From Octopus vulgaris (taxonomy: Eukaryota), in the NCBI GenBank assembly GCA_951406725.2, contig OX597822.1:25110001-25174000 (forward strand): a DNA stretch of 64,000 nucleotides. The letters run 5' to 3'. The notes beneath the pieces are model-generated. The model did not search any database. It was not told the origin of the DNA and worked only from the letters and a program-made list of their open reading frames with translations. The position numbers and the translations under genes were made by a program. Of this stretch, positions 40,536 to 56,685 are shown one piece after another; the stretch's first letter is position 1, and each line of letters starts with the position of its first letter.

Positions 40536-41799
40536 TGTATGTATGTATGTATGTATGTATGTATGTATGTATGTATGCATGTATGTATGTAATATATTAG
40601 ATACGCTGGCATATATTTCCCTGGGATTGAGTTAACATATGTCGAGAATATTACTTCTGCCACTATTGCTGCTGCATCAGGTACGGTTACTGATGTTCGA
40701 AGAGGGTCTTTACATTTTATTTTCTCTCTTCATCTCCTTATTCTTTTACTCTCGTCCTCTATCTTACTTTTTCATTAATCTATACCATTCCCATTTTCCC
40801 TATTTGTCTCCGATGACAGAATATCACATACTCTGAGATATCCCAGAAACACCTGTAAAAGTTAGAATTTGTTTTCAATAATAATGTATGACTTGAGAGA
40901 CTTGAGAGAGAAACAAACCCAAACACCTAGGTGATACTTTATTTGCTTTGACCCCAGAAGCACAGAAAGTAAAGATGGTCGTAGATGCATTTGAACAAAA
41001 CATTTCTGGTGAGAATTTCAGAATTGGTAGAGCTCTGAAATAAATCTCAGGAGTTATTTCGATACGTGACTTTGCGGTCTAAGTTCCGATCCCACCATTT
41101 GTTTTGGCATGTTGCATTTGATTGTGAGCTGCCTATAAAACAGCTAGTGATGATCGACTTGGATTCATGGAATCCCTGATAAATAATCTGTTCTAAAACT
41201 GTCACTTAGCATCGCTAAAAATAGCATTTAATTTGTACATAACAGAAAGCGGTTCTCCAGTAAAGTCCTCATCGAGATGGCTTAACCGAGCTAAAGAAAT
41301 TAGGTACTATAGAAGAGCGAACATCATTAGAAAATTTTAATCTTATAGTATACTCATAAATAATTTTACGATATTAAACCAACTCCGCTAAATTCAAAAT
41401 TTTTAACTTGACATTAAAAAAGAAGTTCAATGTTAATTAACATTTTAGTATAATCAATAATACATATTGATTTGTATAACTCGCAACAAACCATTTTCAC
41501 AGTTTGTTGACAACTCCAGGTGAAGACTTAACTGACTTCCTTTCCTAATCAATAGCATAGATTTATATAAACATACTGCGCGCGCGTGTGTAAGTATGTG
41601 TGTGTGTATGCGTGTGTATACAAGGTAGGGCATAAGGATCTCCCACATTTGGAGTGGGCACTGTGCGGGCTGTAGTGGCGGTAGAGAGACGGGGCAGGTC
41701 TCATTCGGTAGGCTAGGCTCTATAATTTTCATTTTCTTCATCGATTATTATCAAGATTTCTCTATCACGTTCATTTTCTCTATTAATGATCATAACAAT

Positions 41800-42030
41800 T
41801 TCTTTATCATTTTCAGAACCCATCATGAATACCGTGGTTTTGTTGTTGATGCGTATTATGAAATAACCGATCTTAATAGCGTTTCGTAGATGCTTCGTAC
41901 TCGGTCCCAATGCCCCTGGAAGACAATTTTGCTTTGGATTTATAATCTTCTGGCAACTGGATCCACATTGGAAAGAAAATCATCTGGTAGACCTGGGACC
42001 GTTAGAAATTCAGAAAATGGGACAGCTGTA
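41800..42030 (+). mobile_element. DUF4817-type (DD41D-like) Tc1/mariner transposase remnant
   Basis: KTILLWIYNLLATGSTLERKSSGRPGTVRNSEN matches the GS...GRPR..RT.EN motif. Confidence 0.6.
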
Positions 42031-42262
42031 TGTTTTTTATGTTTTTTTCGTTTACTTGTTTCAGTCATTTGTCATATATATATATATATATTAGACGCAG
42101 GAGTGGCTGTGTGGTAAATAGCTTTCTTACCAACCACACGGTTCCGGGTTCAGTTCCATTGCGTGGCACTTTCGGCAAGTGTCTTCTACTAAAGCCTCGA
42201 GCCGACCAAAGCCTTGTGAGTGGATTTGGTAGACGGAAACTGAAAGAAGCCCGTCGTATGTA

Positions 42263-43524
42263 TTGGGTTGTCCGGAAAGTTCGTGCCGATTTATAGTAGC
42301 TTACTTTTTTACTTATTTTAGAAAATGTTTGAGTCCATAAAATAGGATTTGACTACACTTCCATTTAGAGCACAGTTTAAACTATTTTTCTTGGAAGAAG
42401 GTCTTATGTTCCTATAACCTGTGTTAATTCTGGGAGATAAGAAATTTCATTTTCGGCACTTGATGCTTTTCTTTTTCCGTAAAGGGGAAAAATGCCTCAC
42501 AAGCAACCAAAGAAATATGCGCAGTTTACAGTGATGTTTCTTTATCCGAAAGAACTGTACGGAAGTGGTTCGCAAGGTTCCGAGCTGGAGATTGTTGTAT
42601 TATGGATAAGAGCGATCATTCACTACAGATGATGACCAAATCAAGTCATTAATTGAGAATAACCCACATTGCACAACCTGAGAATTGGCAGAAAGACTCA
42701 ACCTATTGAAAATCCGTCGTTCATGAGCACCTGGTAAAGCTTGGTTACACAAATCGCTGCGATGTTTGGGTACCACATGAGTTGAGTGAGAAGAACCTTT
42801 TGGATCGCATTTCCATTTGTGATTTGCTTTATAAACGGAATGAAAACGCACCTTTTTTTAAAGCAAATTGTGACAGGTGATGAGAGATGGATTATCTACC
42901 GAAATGTTCAGAGAAAGCGATCCTGGAGTAAGCGACATGAGCCACCCTTAGCCACCCCAAAAGCGGGTCTTCACCCTAAAAAAGGCTTGCTTTGTGTCTG
43001 GTGGGATTGGAAGGGAATTCTGTACTATGAACTTCTCCCAAGTAACCAGACAATTAATTCTGAACAGTACTGCACACAACTGGACGAGTTGAAAGCAGCA
43101 ATTCAAGAGAAACGCCCAGAATTGGCCAACAGGAAGGGTGTTGTTTCCCAACATGATAATGCAAGACCGCAAGTTTCTTTGGGAACCAGAAAAAATTGCT
43201 GCAACTCGGCTGGGATGTGTTACCCCCACCCTCCATATTCACCAGATATTGCTCCTTCGGATTTCCAATTATTCAGGTCTCTGCAGAATAGTGTTAATGG
43301 TAAAAATTTTAATTCCTTGGATGATGTAAAAAGATACCTTGATGAATTATTTGCCATGAAACCACCTCAATTGTGAGAAAAGGGTATTTTCAAGTTAAAG
43401 GAAAGATGGAGACACATTGTGCAACAAAATGGTTCATATTTGGTTGATTAAAAATGTAATGGTAAGTATTTATTGACCTTTTTCTTTCCTTTAAAAATCG
43501 ACACGAACTTTCCGGATAACCCAA
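42263..43524 (+). mobile_element. Full-length mariner (DD34D) transposon
   Basis: TIRs TTGGGTTGTCCGGAAAGTTCGTGCCGATTT and AAATCGACACGAACTTTCCGGATAACCCAA, with TA target duplication. Confidence 0.96.
42430..43450 (+). pseudogene. Disrupted mariner transposase
   Basis: WVPHEL, IVTGDERW and HDNARP...YSPDIAPSD (34 residues D to D), with several frameshifts and stops. Confidence 0.93.
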
Positions 43525-43775
43525 TACATATATATATATATATATATATATATGAGTGTGTGTGTATGTGTGTGTGTGTGCGTGCGTGTATGTTTGTGTG
43601 TCTGTGTTTGTCACCCACCGCCATTGCTTGACAACCGATTTTGGTGTGTTTATGTACCCGTAACTTAGCGGTTCGGCAAAAGAGAACGATAAAATAAGTC
43701 CTGGGGCGTTTTGTTCGACTGAAAGCGGTATTCCAGTATGTCCTCAGTCAAATGACTGAAACAAATAAAAGAATA

Positions 43776-43900
43776 TACGACGGGCTTCTTCCAGTTTCCC
43801 TCTACCAAAACCACTCAGAAAAGCTTTGGTCGGCTCGAGGTTATAGTAGTAGACACTGTGATCAGGAAGCAAACTTCTTACCACACAGCCACTTCTGCTC
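43776..43900 (-). mobile_element. SINE family B, 5' fragment
   Basis: GACGGGCTTCTTCCAGTTTCC...CTTCTTACCACACAGCCAC. Confidence 0.75.
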
Positions 43901-43997
<97 letters not shown>

Positions 43998-46370
43998 AAG
44001 TTTACTTTCAACTCTAAAACTAATCGGAACGGAGAAATGCTCAAAGACTTCTTAGAGGAATTTAATCTCTACACCTCCAACAACTATTTTATGAAACCAA
44101 AAGGTCAACTTTGGACATTCGAGTCCCCACTTGGTGATAGGGCACAAATTGACTACCTCATCTTTCGAAAGAAGTGGCGCAATAGTGTTAAAAACTCGGT
44201 ATCCTACTCTTCCTTTAGTTCTGTCGACTCTGACCACAGAATTGTATCAGCTACCATTAAGCTTAGTCTTCGCTCATCCAAAAAAGCTAAGCCTCACCCG
44301 ATGAAAACGATCGACTGGGAGGAAGTCTTATCTAACTCCGATATGTCCAAACAATTTACTATTGAGGTCTATAACACATTTCAATCTTTGTCTACTTCTG
44401 AAATAGATGCTGAGAACATTGAAGAAGTATACAGCAGCCTCATCAAATCAACAGAGGAATTTGCACTGGCTACTCTTCCCAAAAAGAAGAGTAGGAGCCA
44501 GAGCAAACCTTCTAATTCCCCAAATGTCATCGAAGCCAGAAACCATCTAAAGTCTATATCACTAGCTTACCACCGTTCTCCATCCCAGTCTCTGAAGATC
44601 CAACTCATAGCTGCCAAGAAGAATCTTGATGAGGCTTACTTGAACGCCGAGGTCGACTTTATCAATGGCTAAATTAGCAAACTATCCAAAGAGCACATTA
44701 ATAAAAAACACCATCTCGCCTGGAAATCTATCAGGCAAAAATTCTGGGTCATCAATTTGAATTAAAGGGGGATCAGCTAAGAAGCGTTTAGAAAATTGGT
44801 CAACTCATTTTAAAAACCTTCTTGGGAAGAATGCCAAAATCCTTGATAACCCCACTCTTCCAAGTGTGCCTATATCAGACACGCTTTTACCATATTTGAA
44901 CTAATAGCAGCCACCAAGCAACTAAAAGCCTCGAAAGTATTTGGTCCCGACAACATCCCAGCTATAATTTGGAAGGATGATAGATTTCACACACTTTTGC
45001 TCAACCTTTGCAACCACACACTTTCCACCTTTGTCGCTCCAAAGATTTGGCACCAATCTCAGATCATCCCAATACCCAAAAAAGGCGATTTATCCCTCGT
45101 CACCAACTACAGGAGTATATCTCTAATGTCAATTGCTGCAAAACTGTACAACAAACTGATTCTAAATCGTCTTGTCCTTTTTGTTGAACCTTTGCTCCGA
45201 AAGAACCAAAATGGATTCAGACATGGGAGCTCAATGCTGAGCCAGATACTATGCCTACGCAGACTTATTGAAGAATCAAAAGCATTTAATCGCGATCTTG
45301 TAATGGTATTTGTAGACTTTTCTAAAGCGTTCTATTCTGTAGATAGGTACAAGATGTTTGAAATCCTTAAGCTCTATGGGATATCAGACAAATTCATCTC
45401 TGCCATCAAGGTCCTCTACACAGATATGTCTTCAACCATCTTAACCCCTGACGGAGAAACATCATCTTTCTCAATCAAAGCCGGAATACTGCAGAGAGAC
45501 ACACTCGCCCCATTTCTTTTCATCATTGTCGTTGACTATGTGCTACGTGTGTCAGTTGATACCATCTCTGGCAAGGGCTTTGAAATAAAACCAAGAAGAA
45601 GTTCCAGACACCCAGCTGAATACTTGACAGACACTGACTTTGCTGACGACATCGCTCTTATCAGTGATTCTCTCTCCAATGCCCAGTCTCTTTTACAATC
45701 TCTCGAACAAGCATCAAATTGTGTAAGACTTTACCTCAATGAGGCCAAGACTGAATATATAAACAAGTGCCTGTCCAACAGTGATTACATCATCCATACT
45801 CTCAACAATGCGCCCTTACATATGGTTTCTGATTACAAATATCTTGGATTATACATATCATCATCTGGAAAATATTTTCTAACTAGAAAGGGTATGGCCT
45901 GGTCAGCCTGTAATGACATGCATAAGATCTGGTCATCAAATCTAAGTAGAGACTTCAAACTTGAAATCTTCAAAGCCACAGTCGAACCAATTCTACTATA
46001 TGGCTCAGAAACCTGGACGTTATCAAAGAAGCTTGAGAGGCGGTTGGATGGAACCTACACTCGCCTCCTTATGAGAGCTCAAAATCTCTCGTGGAAGCGC
46101 CATCCAACCAAAATGCAAATATATTGGAAACTACCACCTGTCCAGCTTGCTGGACATTGTTGTAGAGCTGAAAAGAGGTAATTTCTACTCTTCTCCTCCG
46201 GAAGCCATCTACTCGCAATACCAGAGGGTGCACACTCTCCTACCCTGATGTAATCTCCAGAGATACAGGCATCCAGCAACAGGACCTCCGTAATGCCATG
46301 ATGGACCGTGAAGTCTGGCGTAGCATGGTAAATTCCATTGTCTCGACCACGGTCGAACAATGATGATGAT
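43998..46370 (+). mobile_element. 5'-truncated RTE/RTEX-type LINE inserted in (TATC)n
   Basis: APE C-terminus (QIDYLI, SDHRIV) in ORF 43752-44672. RT (PKKGD, NYRSISL, FVDFSKAF, DFADD) and YGSETWT in ORF 44997-46181. (TGA)n tail. Stops and frameshifts present. Confidence 0.93.
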
Positions 46371-46374
46371 CTGT

Positions 46375-46440
<66 letters not shown>

Positions 46441-46523
46441 GTCTGTCTGTCTGTCTGTCTGTCGGTCGGTCGGTCGGTCTATCTGTCTGTCTGACTGTCT
46501 AGCTGTCCGTCCATCCGTCTGCC

Positions 46524-46602
<79 letters not shown>

Positions 46603-46707
46603 ATATCTATCTATCTAGCTAGCTATCTGTCTGTCTGTCTGTCTGTCTGTCTGTCGCACTCTCTCTTTCTATTTATCTATCTATATATATATCCATCTAT
46701 CTATCTA

Positions 46708-46780
<73 letters not shown>
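46371..46780. repeat. (TATC)n/(TGTC)n array between two LINEs
   Basis: Direct reading. Related arrays lie at 43901-43997 and 49780-49965. Confidence 0.97.
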
Positions 46781-49964
<3,184 letters not shown>

Positions 49965-50118
49965 CCCTCTCTCCCTCTCTCTCTCTATATATATATAGTA
50001 TATATATATGTGCGTGTGTGTGTGTGTGTGCGTGTGTGCGTATATTTATTTCTCTCTATAATGGAGTGTTTGTGTATGTTGTGTGTATGTGCTTGTGTGT
50101 ATGTGCTTGTGTGTGTGT

Positions 50119-50210
<92 letters not shown>

Positions 50211-50724
50211 AAGAGAGAGTTCATGTTTAAGCGTATATATATGTGTGACTATATGTGAACTCGTACAAGTACGTCACTACGTCAGCTCTAAGTCTGTTCC
50301 AGAAAAAGAGTAATAACTCTGACTGCAATACTAACATATAACCGAAAACAGAAGGTGAAGTAAAAAAAGAAAAAAAAAAGAGTGAAATAAATACAAAAAC
50401 AAAAGAAACCAAACAAACCAATAAGCAAAATATAATAAAAATAAAAATATAAAATGGTGGGAGTAGAAAAAAAAAGGTGCGGAATGAAGAAAAGAAGCCC
50501 CTTTTTTTGTGTATGCTTATCTTTTTTTTTATAACTTAGAGCCCCCTTTTTATGAAAGGTATGTTTTCGTTTCGATGCAAAGGTAGCGGATTGGGTTTCA
50601 GTTTTGTGACTAAACCAACACCATTTCTAGCTCGACAAAACCCCAGTAAAATATAGAACGAGGGAGAAGAATGAGGTGACGAGGCCTGTGGAGCAGCACA
50701 TACATACATACATACATACATACA

Positions 50725-50760
<36 letters not shown>

Positions 50761-50840
50761 TATATGTATATATACATATATATTTACATATAAAGGACCA
50801 AAGTGTACGTACGCCAAGTGTACGTATCTATATCTATCTA

Positions 50841-50910
<70 letters not shown>

Positions 50911-51277
50911 TATAGATATATACACATGCATACATACATACATACATACATATATACATACATATATACATACATATATATATATATATATATAGATAGA
51001 TAGATATGGATATAGATATATATACACATGCATACATACATACATATATACATACATACATATATATATGCGCATGCCTGCATATATTAATATATGTATG
51101 CATATATATATATGTGTGGCGGTATATGTGAGGGGGGGTGAGTGTGTGCATGTGTGTGTGTGTAAGCGTGGTAGGGTGGTTGAGAATACCAACACATGTT
51201 TAGTAGTGTCTGTGTGTTTCATACAGTAATTGTGTAATCACAACGGGATAGCAGTATAATGGTGTGTGTGTGTATAC

Positions 51278-51310
<33 letters not shown>

Positions 51311-51317
51311 TATATAC

Positions 51318-51373
<56 letters not shown>

Positions 51374-51435
51374 TGCTCACATTCACAATCACCTTCAAGC
51401 ACATTGACACACACACACGTACCCGCATTCATGCG

Positions 51436-51469
<34 letters not shown>

Positions 51470-51675
51470 TTTATGCAGGTACGCATAAACATATACAGAC
51501 ACACAAACATACACACACACAAACAAGGGTACGTGCATATATATATATATAAACACCTTTACACATATGCACTCACCATATTCACAAGTTGTGTGTGTGT
51601 ATGTATATATATATATATATGTGTGTGTGTGTTTATGTGTGCGGTATACAGATATGTACACACGTATATAGAGAT

Positions 51676-51719
<44 letters not shown>

Positions 51720-52213
51720 TTCACATTATACACACACACACACACACACACGCGCATCTCCTCTATATTTTCTATAGTTTCCTTTCTGCAAATCACTTTC
51801 TCTCTGTCTGTTTGTCTTTCTCTCTCTCTATTGCATACACACACGCACACACACGCACACACACACACACACACACACCTACTCCCCGTCCCTCACTAAT
51901 TTATTTCTCTCTCTCTCTTTGTCTCTCTCTATTTTCTTCCCGTACAATGAAAGTCGTTAGCCAGCTTCTATTTACATAACTTTATCTTCATTCTCCCCTT
52001 AAATATATTCCTCTTCCTCTCACATATTTTATCTTTCACGACCCCCACCCTCACTTTCACTCTAACACACTATCTCACTCTCTCTGTGCCTACGCGCCTG
52101 TCTTTCTACCCCTCTCTCTCTCCTTCTACTCTTTCTCTGCCTCTCTTTCTCTCTGCCTCTGTAGTTTTGTCTTTTCCTTTATCATTTCGAGCTGGTGAAA
52201 GATTAAACTTTAT

Positions 52214-52259
<46 letters not shown>

Positions 52260-52935
52260 GCACACACATCCATCAATCCATCCATCCATCCATCCATCCA
52301 TACATATATACATACATACACACAAACATAGCTATATACATACATACATAAGTCCATCTATCCATTTATCCATGTATGCATGCATACACCCCACCACACA
52401 TACATATATGTAAGTATGTGTGTGTGTGCCTGGATTCTTACACATCAGCGTATATTTTTTCCAGACACCCACATACACCCGCTTTCACAGTCACATACGC
52501 ATATGCTTAACCAAAGGTACGCACACGTACACACACATACACACACACATACCTTCTCGTACTCCCCATCAAACATTCACGTAAATACAGACACATCCGC
52601 AAACAGCCCTCGAAACACATATACATACACACACACGCACACATGCACACTCACGCATACGCACACACACACACACACACATACATACACTCATGAACAC
52701 ATACATACTTTAGCACTCGTACGTTATATACACATTTATTCGCACACGCATACACACGCATGTGCATAGGAATCCCACCATACATACATCCATGAACACA
52801 CACTCTCACATACACATCTGCATAGACGTCAATATTTTCCCTCAAACACTCACTCACCTACCCATATATTGAACGCACACACACACACAGACACGCACAC
52901 GCATACACAAACGCAAAACACTACGTCATACATAC

Positions 52936-53135
52936 TCATTTATTCTTTTACTTGTTACAGTCATTTGACAGTGGCCATGCTGGAGCATGGTCGAGAAAAT
53001 CGACCCCAGGACTTATTCTTTGTGAGTCTAGTACTTATTCTGTCTGTTACGGGGACGTAAACACACCAGCATCGGTTGTCAAGCGATGTTCGGGGAGACA
53101 AACACAGACGCACACACGCACACACACACACACAC

Positions 53136-53190
<55 letters not shown>

Positions 53191-53349
53191 CACACACACA
53201 TATATATACGACGGGCTTCTTTCAGTTTCCGTCTACCAAATCCGCTCACAAGGCTTTGGTCGGCCCGAGACTATAGTAGAAGACACTTGTCCATGGTGCC
53301 ACGCAGTGGGACGGAACCCGGAGCCATGTGGTTCGTAAGCAAGCTACTT
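52936..53349 (-). mobile_element. SINE family B; its head remnant is displaced to 55096-55119 by a LINE insertion
   Basis: Ends at ..GTAAGCAAGCTACTT. The continuation ACACAGCCACTCCTACGCCTA lies after the LINE. Confidence 0.88.
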
Positions 53350-55095
53350 TATTTCATGAAAATTCGCCATTAAGGCGTTACATAAAGGGGACATACAAAT
53401 ACAGACAAACATAGGGTGTAGTAGCTTAAAACGTTTTAGTATTTACAATATAATGTGTACAATATTTACAATATAAAGTTTACAAATTTAATATTACACA
53501 GTAGGACAAGGAACCCAGCTATCTGGGTAGAACCTTTACTTCTTGATCCGGCCACACTTACCTGGTGCAAAATATACCCAGCTTGCAAGCTACAGACTTC
53601 CATCTTTTCACAAACATATCTCGTGACAGACACCTCTTCTCCAGCCTAATCTTACTACCGAGGTGGTAACTAAAAAAGTTAACCAACCCCTGGCCGTACG
53701 CGTCTTCCATACTGTTTCTTTCAGTATGGCTACTACGCAGGAAAAACAAGCCTTCCTTTCCCTGCTGAGGAAGGGAGGTGGAACAATCTCAATGATAGAC
53801 TTCGCTGATAGCTGTACTCTTCCATTCACTGACAACAGTTGTTCGGCGAAAGCAATCAGTCCCGATAACTCCGGGCACTCCACGAATGCGTGCAAGACAG
53901 TTTCCCTATCCTGTTCACATTGCGGACAGCTTGTCGCGAACAGGTAACGACGCACGGAAACACTGCCAGGCCAGGGATTTCTGGTAATTATCCAGATACC
54001 CCGGCCCGAACGTTCTCCGGGACAGGTTGATCAACTGATTTTCATCGTAGCCCAGGGTCTCCCCCAAGGCGTCTTCGGACTTAACCTCCACTAACCCGCT
54101 ATAGAAATCTGCGGTGGAACTCCTGTTGCCGGCATTGCCCGCCCGAGAGAGTAGCTGAAGTGCCTGACGGCACTCCAATTGCCAGTCCCAGCCTAGGTCT
54201 CTGCTTGATCCAATTACCAATGTCCGTTAAGGACGTTAATCGCGGAAGGTAGAACCGAACGTGCGGTGACCACACCTGTTCTCCATCCAAGTAAAGCCAG
54301 AGGTGCCTCAACCTTAACGCGAATTTTCGCATCTTCAGTCAAGGCATCCCTAGCCCACCCTTTAGCAGTTTCTGGTAGCAGACAGAGCGCTTTACAAGTG
54401 GCTTTCCTCCTTTCCACAAAAAGTGGGAAGGGATTCTCTCCAACTTGTTCAGCCACAAATCGGGGCAAGGTACCACGGTCAGGCTGTAGGTGACTACTGA
54501 TGCTATGAACATCTGCACCACCTCCGCCCTCCCTAGCAGGGATAACACGCGTCCAGACCAGGTCTGGGTTAGAGCGGTCACCCTGCCGGCCACCTCACTC
54601 CAATTTTTCTCTATCTGGAGGTCTTGACCAATCCAGACTCCGAGCAGGTTAACAGGACCTTCCGTCCAACGCCCCACGACGCTATTGGACAGCATCGGCT
54701 TGCCCCTCCAGGTGCCGAGTTGCAAACCGACCGACTTGTCCTTGTTCACCTTTGCTCCTGCCACCGCCTCATAGCTTTTGATGGCCTCTTCCACCACTGG
54801 AAGCTGGCCTTCATCTGCCACGATGATGGAGATGTCATCCGCGTACGCCTTAGCTCCTCTTCCACACCATAGATCATGCGGTGCGCCCCCTAGTGCCTCC
54901 AACTTCCGCAGCAAAGGCTCAAGAGCCAACACATATAGAAGCGGAGACAGGGGGCACCCCTGACGAACTGAACGCTCGATCCTGAACGGCTTCGAAAGGG
55001 AGCCGTTCACCTTGACCACAGACTCGATGTCGCTATACAAAGCAGCGATCCAACCTCGAAAGGTCGGGCCCAGGCCAGCCTCCCCGAGGACCGCC
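53350..55095 (-). mobile_element. Second 5'-truncated L1/Tx1 LINE (related but distinct family)
   Basis: SVRQGCPLSPLLY, AYADD, GGLGMP and CPQC..ETVLHAFVEC. Frameshifted, and its 3' UTR differs from that of 46781-49779. Confidence 0.93.
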
Positions 55096-55803
55096 GCTAC
55101 ACAGCCACTCCTACGCCTATACGTCTGCAAACATACACAAACATCTACATATGCCCATATTTCAAGCACGTAAACGCATATATAGACACATCGTCATACA
55201 TACACACACATACACATTACACTACACACACACATACATAAACACCATAACATACATACGCATATGTGCAGGAACAAACGAAAGTAACGCTTACAGGGTC
55301 ATTGGACCTGCTAGAAATAGCAGCCAAATCTTCTAATTTCTACGTAAAATTAGATAAAAATAGAATGATGTGGTCTTAGATGCCTGAAATTTAATTAGAT
55401 TGGATGAGCAAGTTTGGAATCACTTAGTCATAGGTCTTTTCCTAGGTTAAGTTTTGCCTGGGATTAAACTATTACAGCATGCACCTACAGGTATGACACA
55501 TTCCTTTTCATCTACTCCCGTCATTCCCCCACATACTTAGAAGCACCTCCACACTCTGCCTCTCTGTCTGTCGGTGTGTGTGTGTGTTTGTGTGTGTGTG
55601 TGTCTTTCTCTCTTACACGCAGGCACACAAACACTCACACGCACACACACACAGACACACTCATATACTCATACATATCCATACGGACTCTTATCAGGGA
55701 GTGGTGTCAGACGGTACATAGGTTTGAAATCGCGAGTTAAGGAAAGGTCCATGAATATCTTAGTGCTCCGCCCTAAAATAATATATATACATATATATAT
55801 ATG

Positions 55804-55866
<63 letters not shown>

Positions 55867-56138
55867 CATACATACATACATACATACATACATACATACA
55901 TACACACACACTCACACACACATATACATACACACATATGTACATATAGATAGGATTCATCCCGTCGTTCATATGCTGGCACCCTGATAGGTGTTACGAC
56001 TCTGGGTAGGAGTAGATCTGGGACAAAATAGTGGCTAAGAGGTGATTCCACCCTTCTTAAATCCCTGGAACTTCTGAATCAGAGCACCGCTCTGGTTCAT
56101 AGGACATACATACATACATACATACATACATACATACA

Positions 56139-56174
<36 letters not shown>

Positions 56175-56685
56175 TACATACATACATACATAATACATAC
56201 ATACATATATATATACATACATAATACAGTAATACTCAGGACATACATACATACAAACATACATACATACACACACCTACACGCAAGCACACACATGCAC
56301 ACACGCATACACACGCACGCGCGTACACACACACGCAAGCACACACACGCACAAACACACACACAACAAGTTTCAAAATTAGAACACGAAACAGAGGAAC
56401 AAACGAAAAATTCACACACAGGCCAAGACGTTGTTAATCCTCATCAGTTATCGTGCAAAAGATCTTTATTATTTTACGCCTTCAACGACAATGTTGTTCA
56501 CTTTTTGTGGCGTCAGCGGCGAGAAGCTGCTAAGAATAGCAAACGAACAAGGGACAGTGACGAAAACAAACACAAAATGTGAACATACATAATAACACAC
56601 ACACACAATTATACATATACACATACATATACATACACACATATATATGCATACGCATGTATATATGTATATTTATATATACATA

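Larger units (their letters stand above)
42092..43775 (+). mobile_element. SINE family B split by a mariner insertion
   Basis: The 5' half (42092-42257) and 3' half (about 43527-43775) flank the mariner at the internal TA repeat. Confidence 0.88.

Noticed and set aside
43752-43997. N-terminal extension of the 306-aa ORF
   Set aside because: It is read-through of SINE fragments and (TATC)n into the truncated LINE, not a real start.
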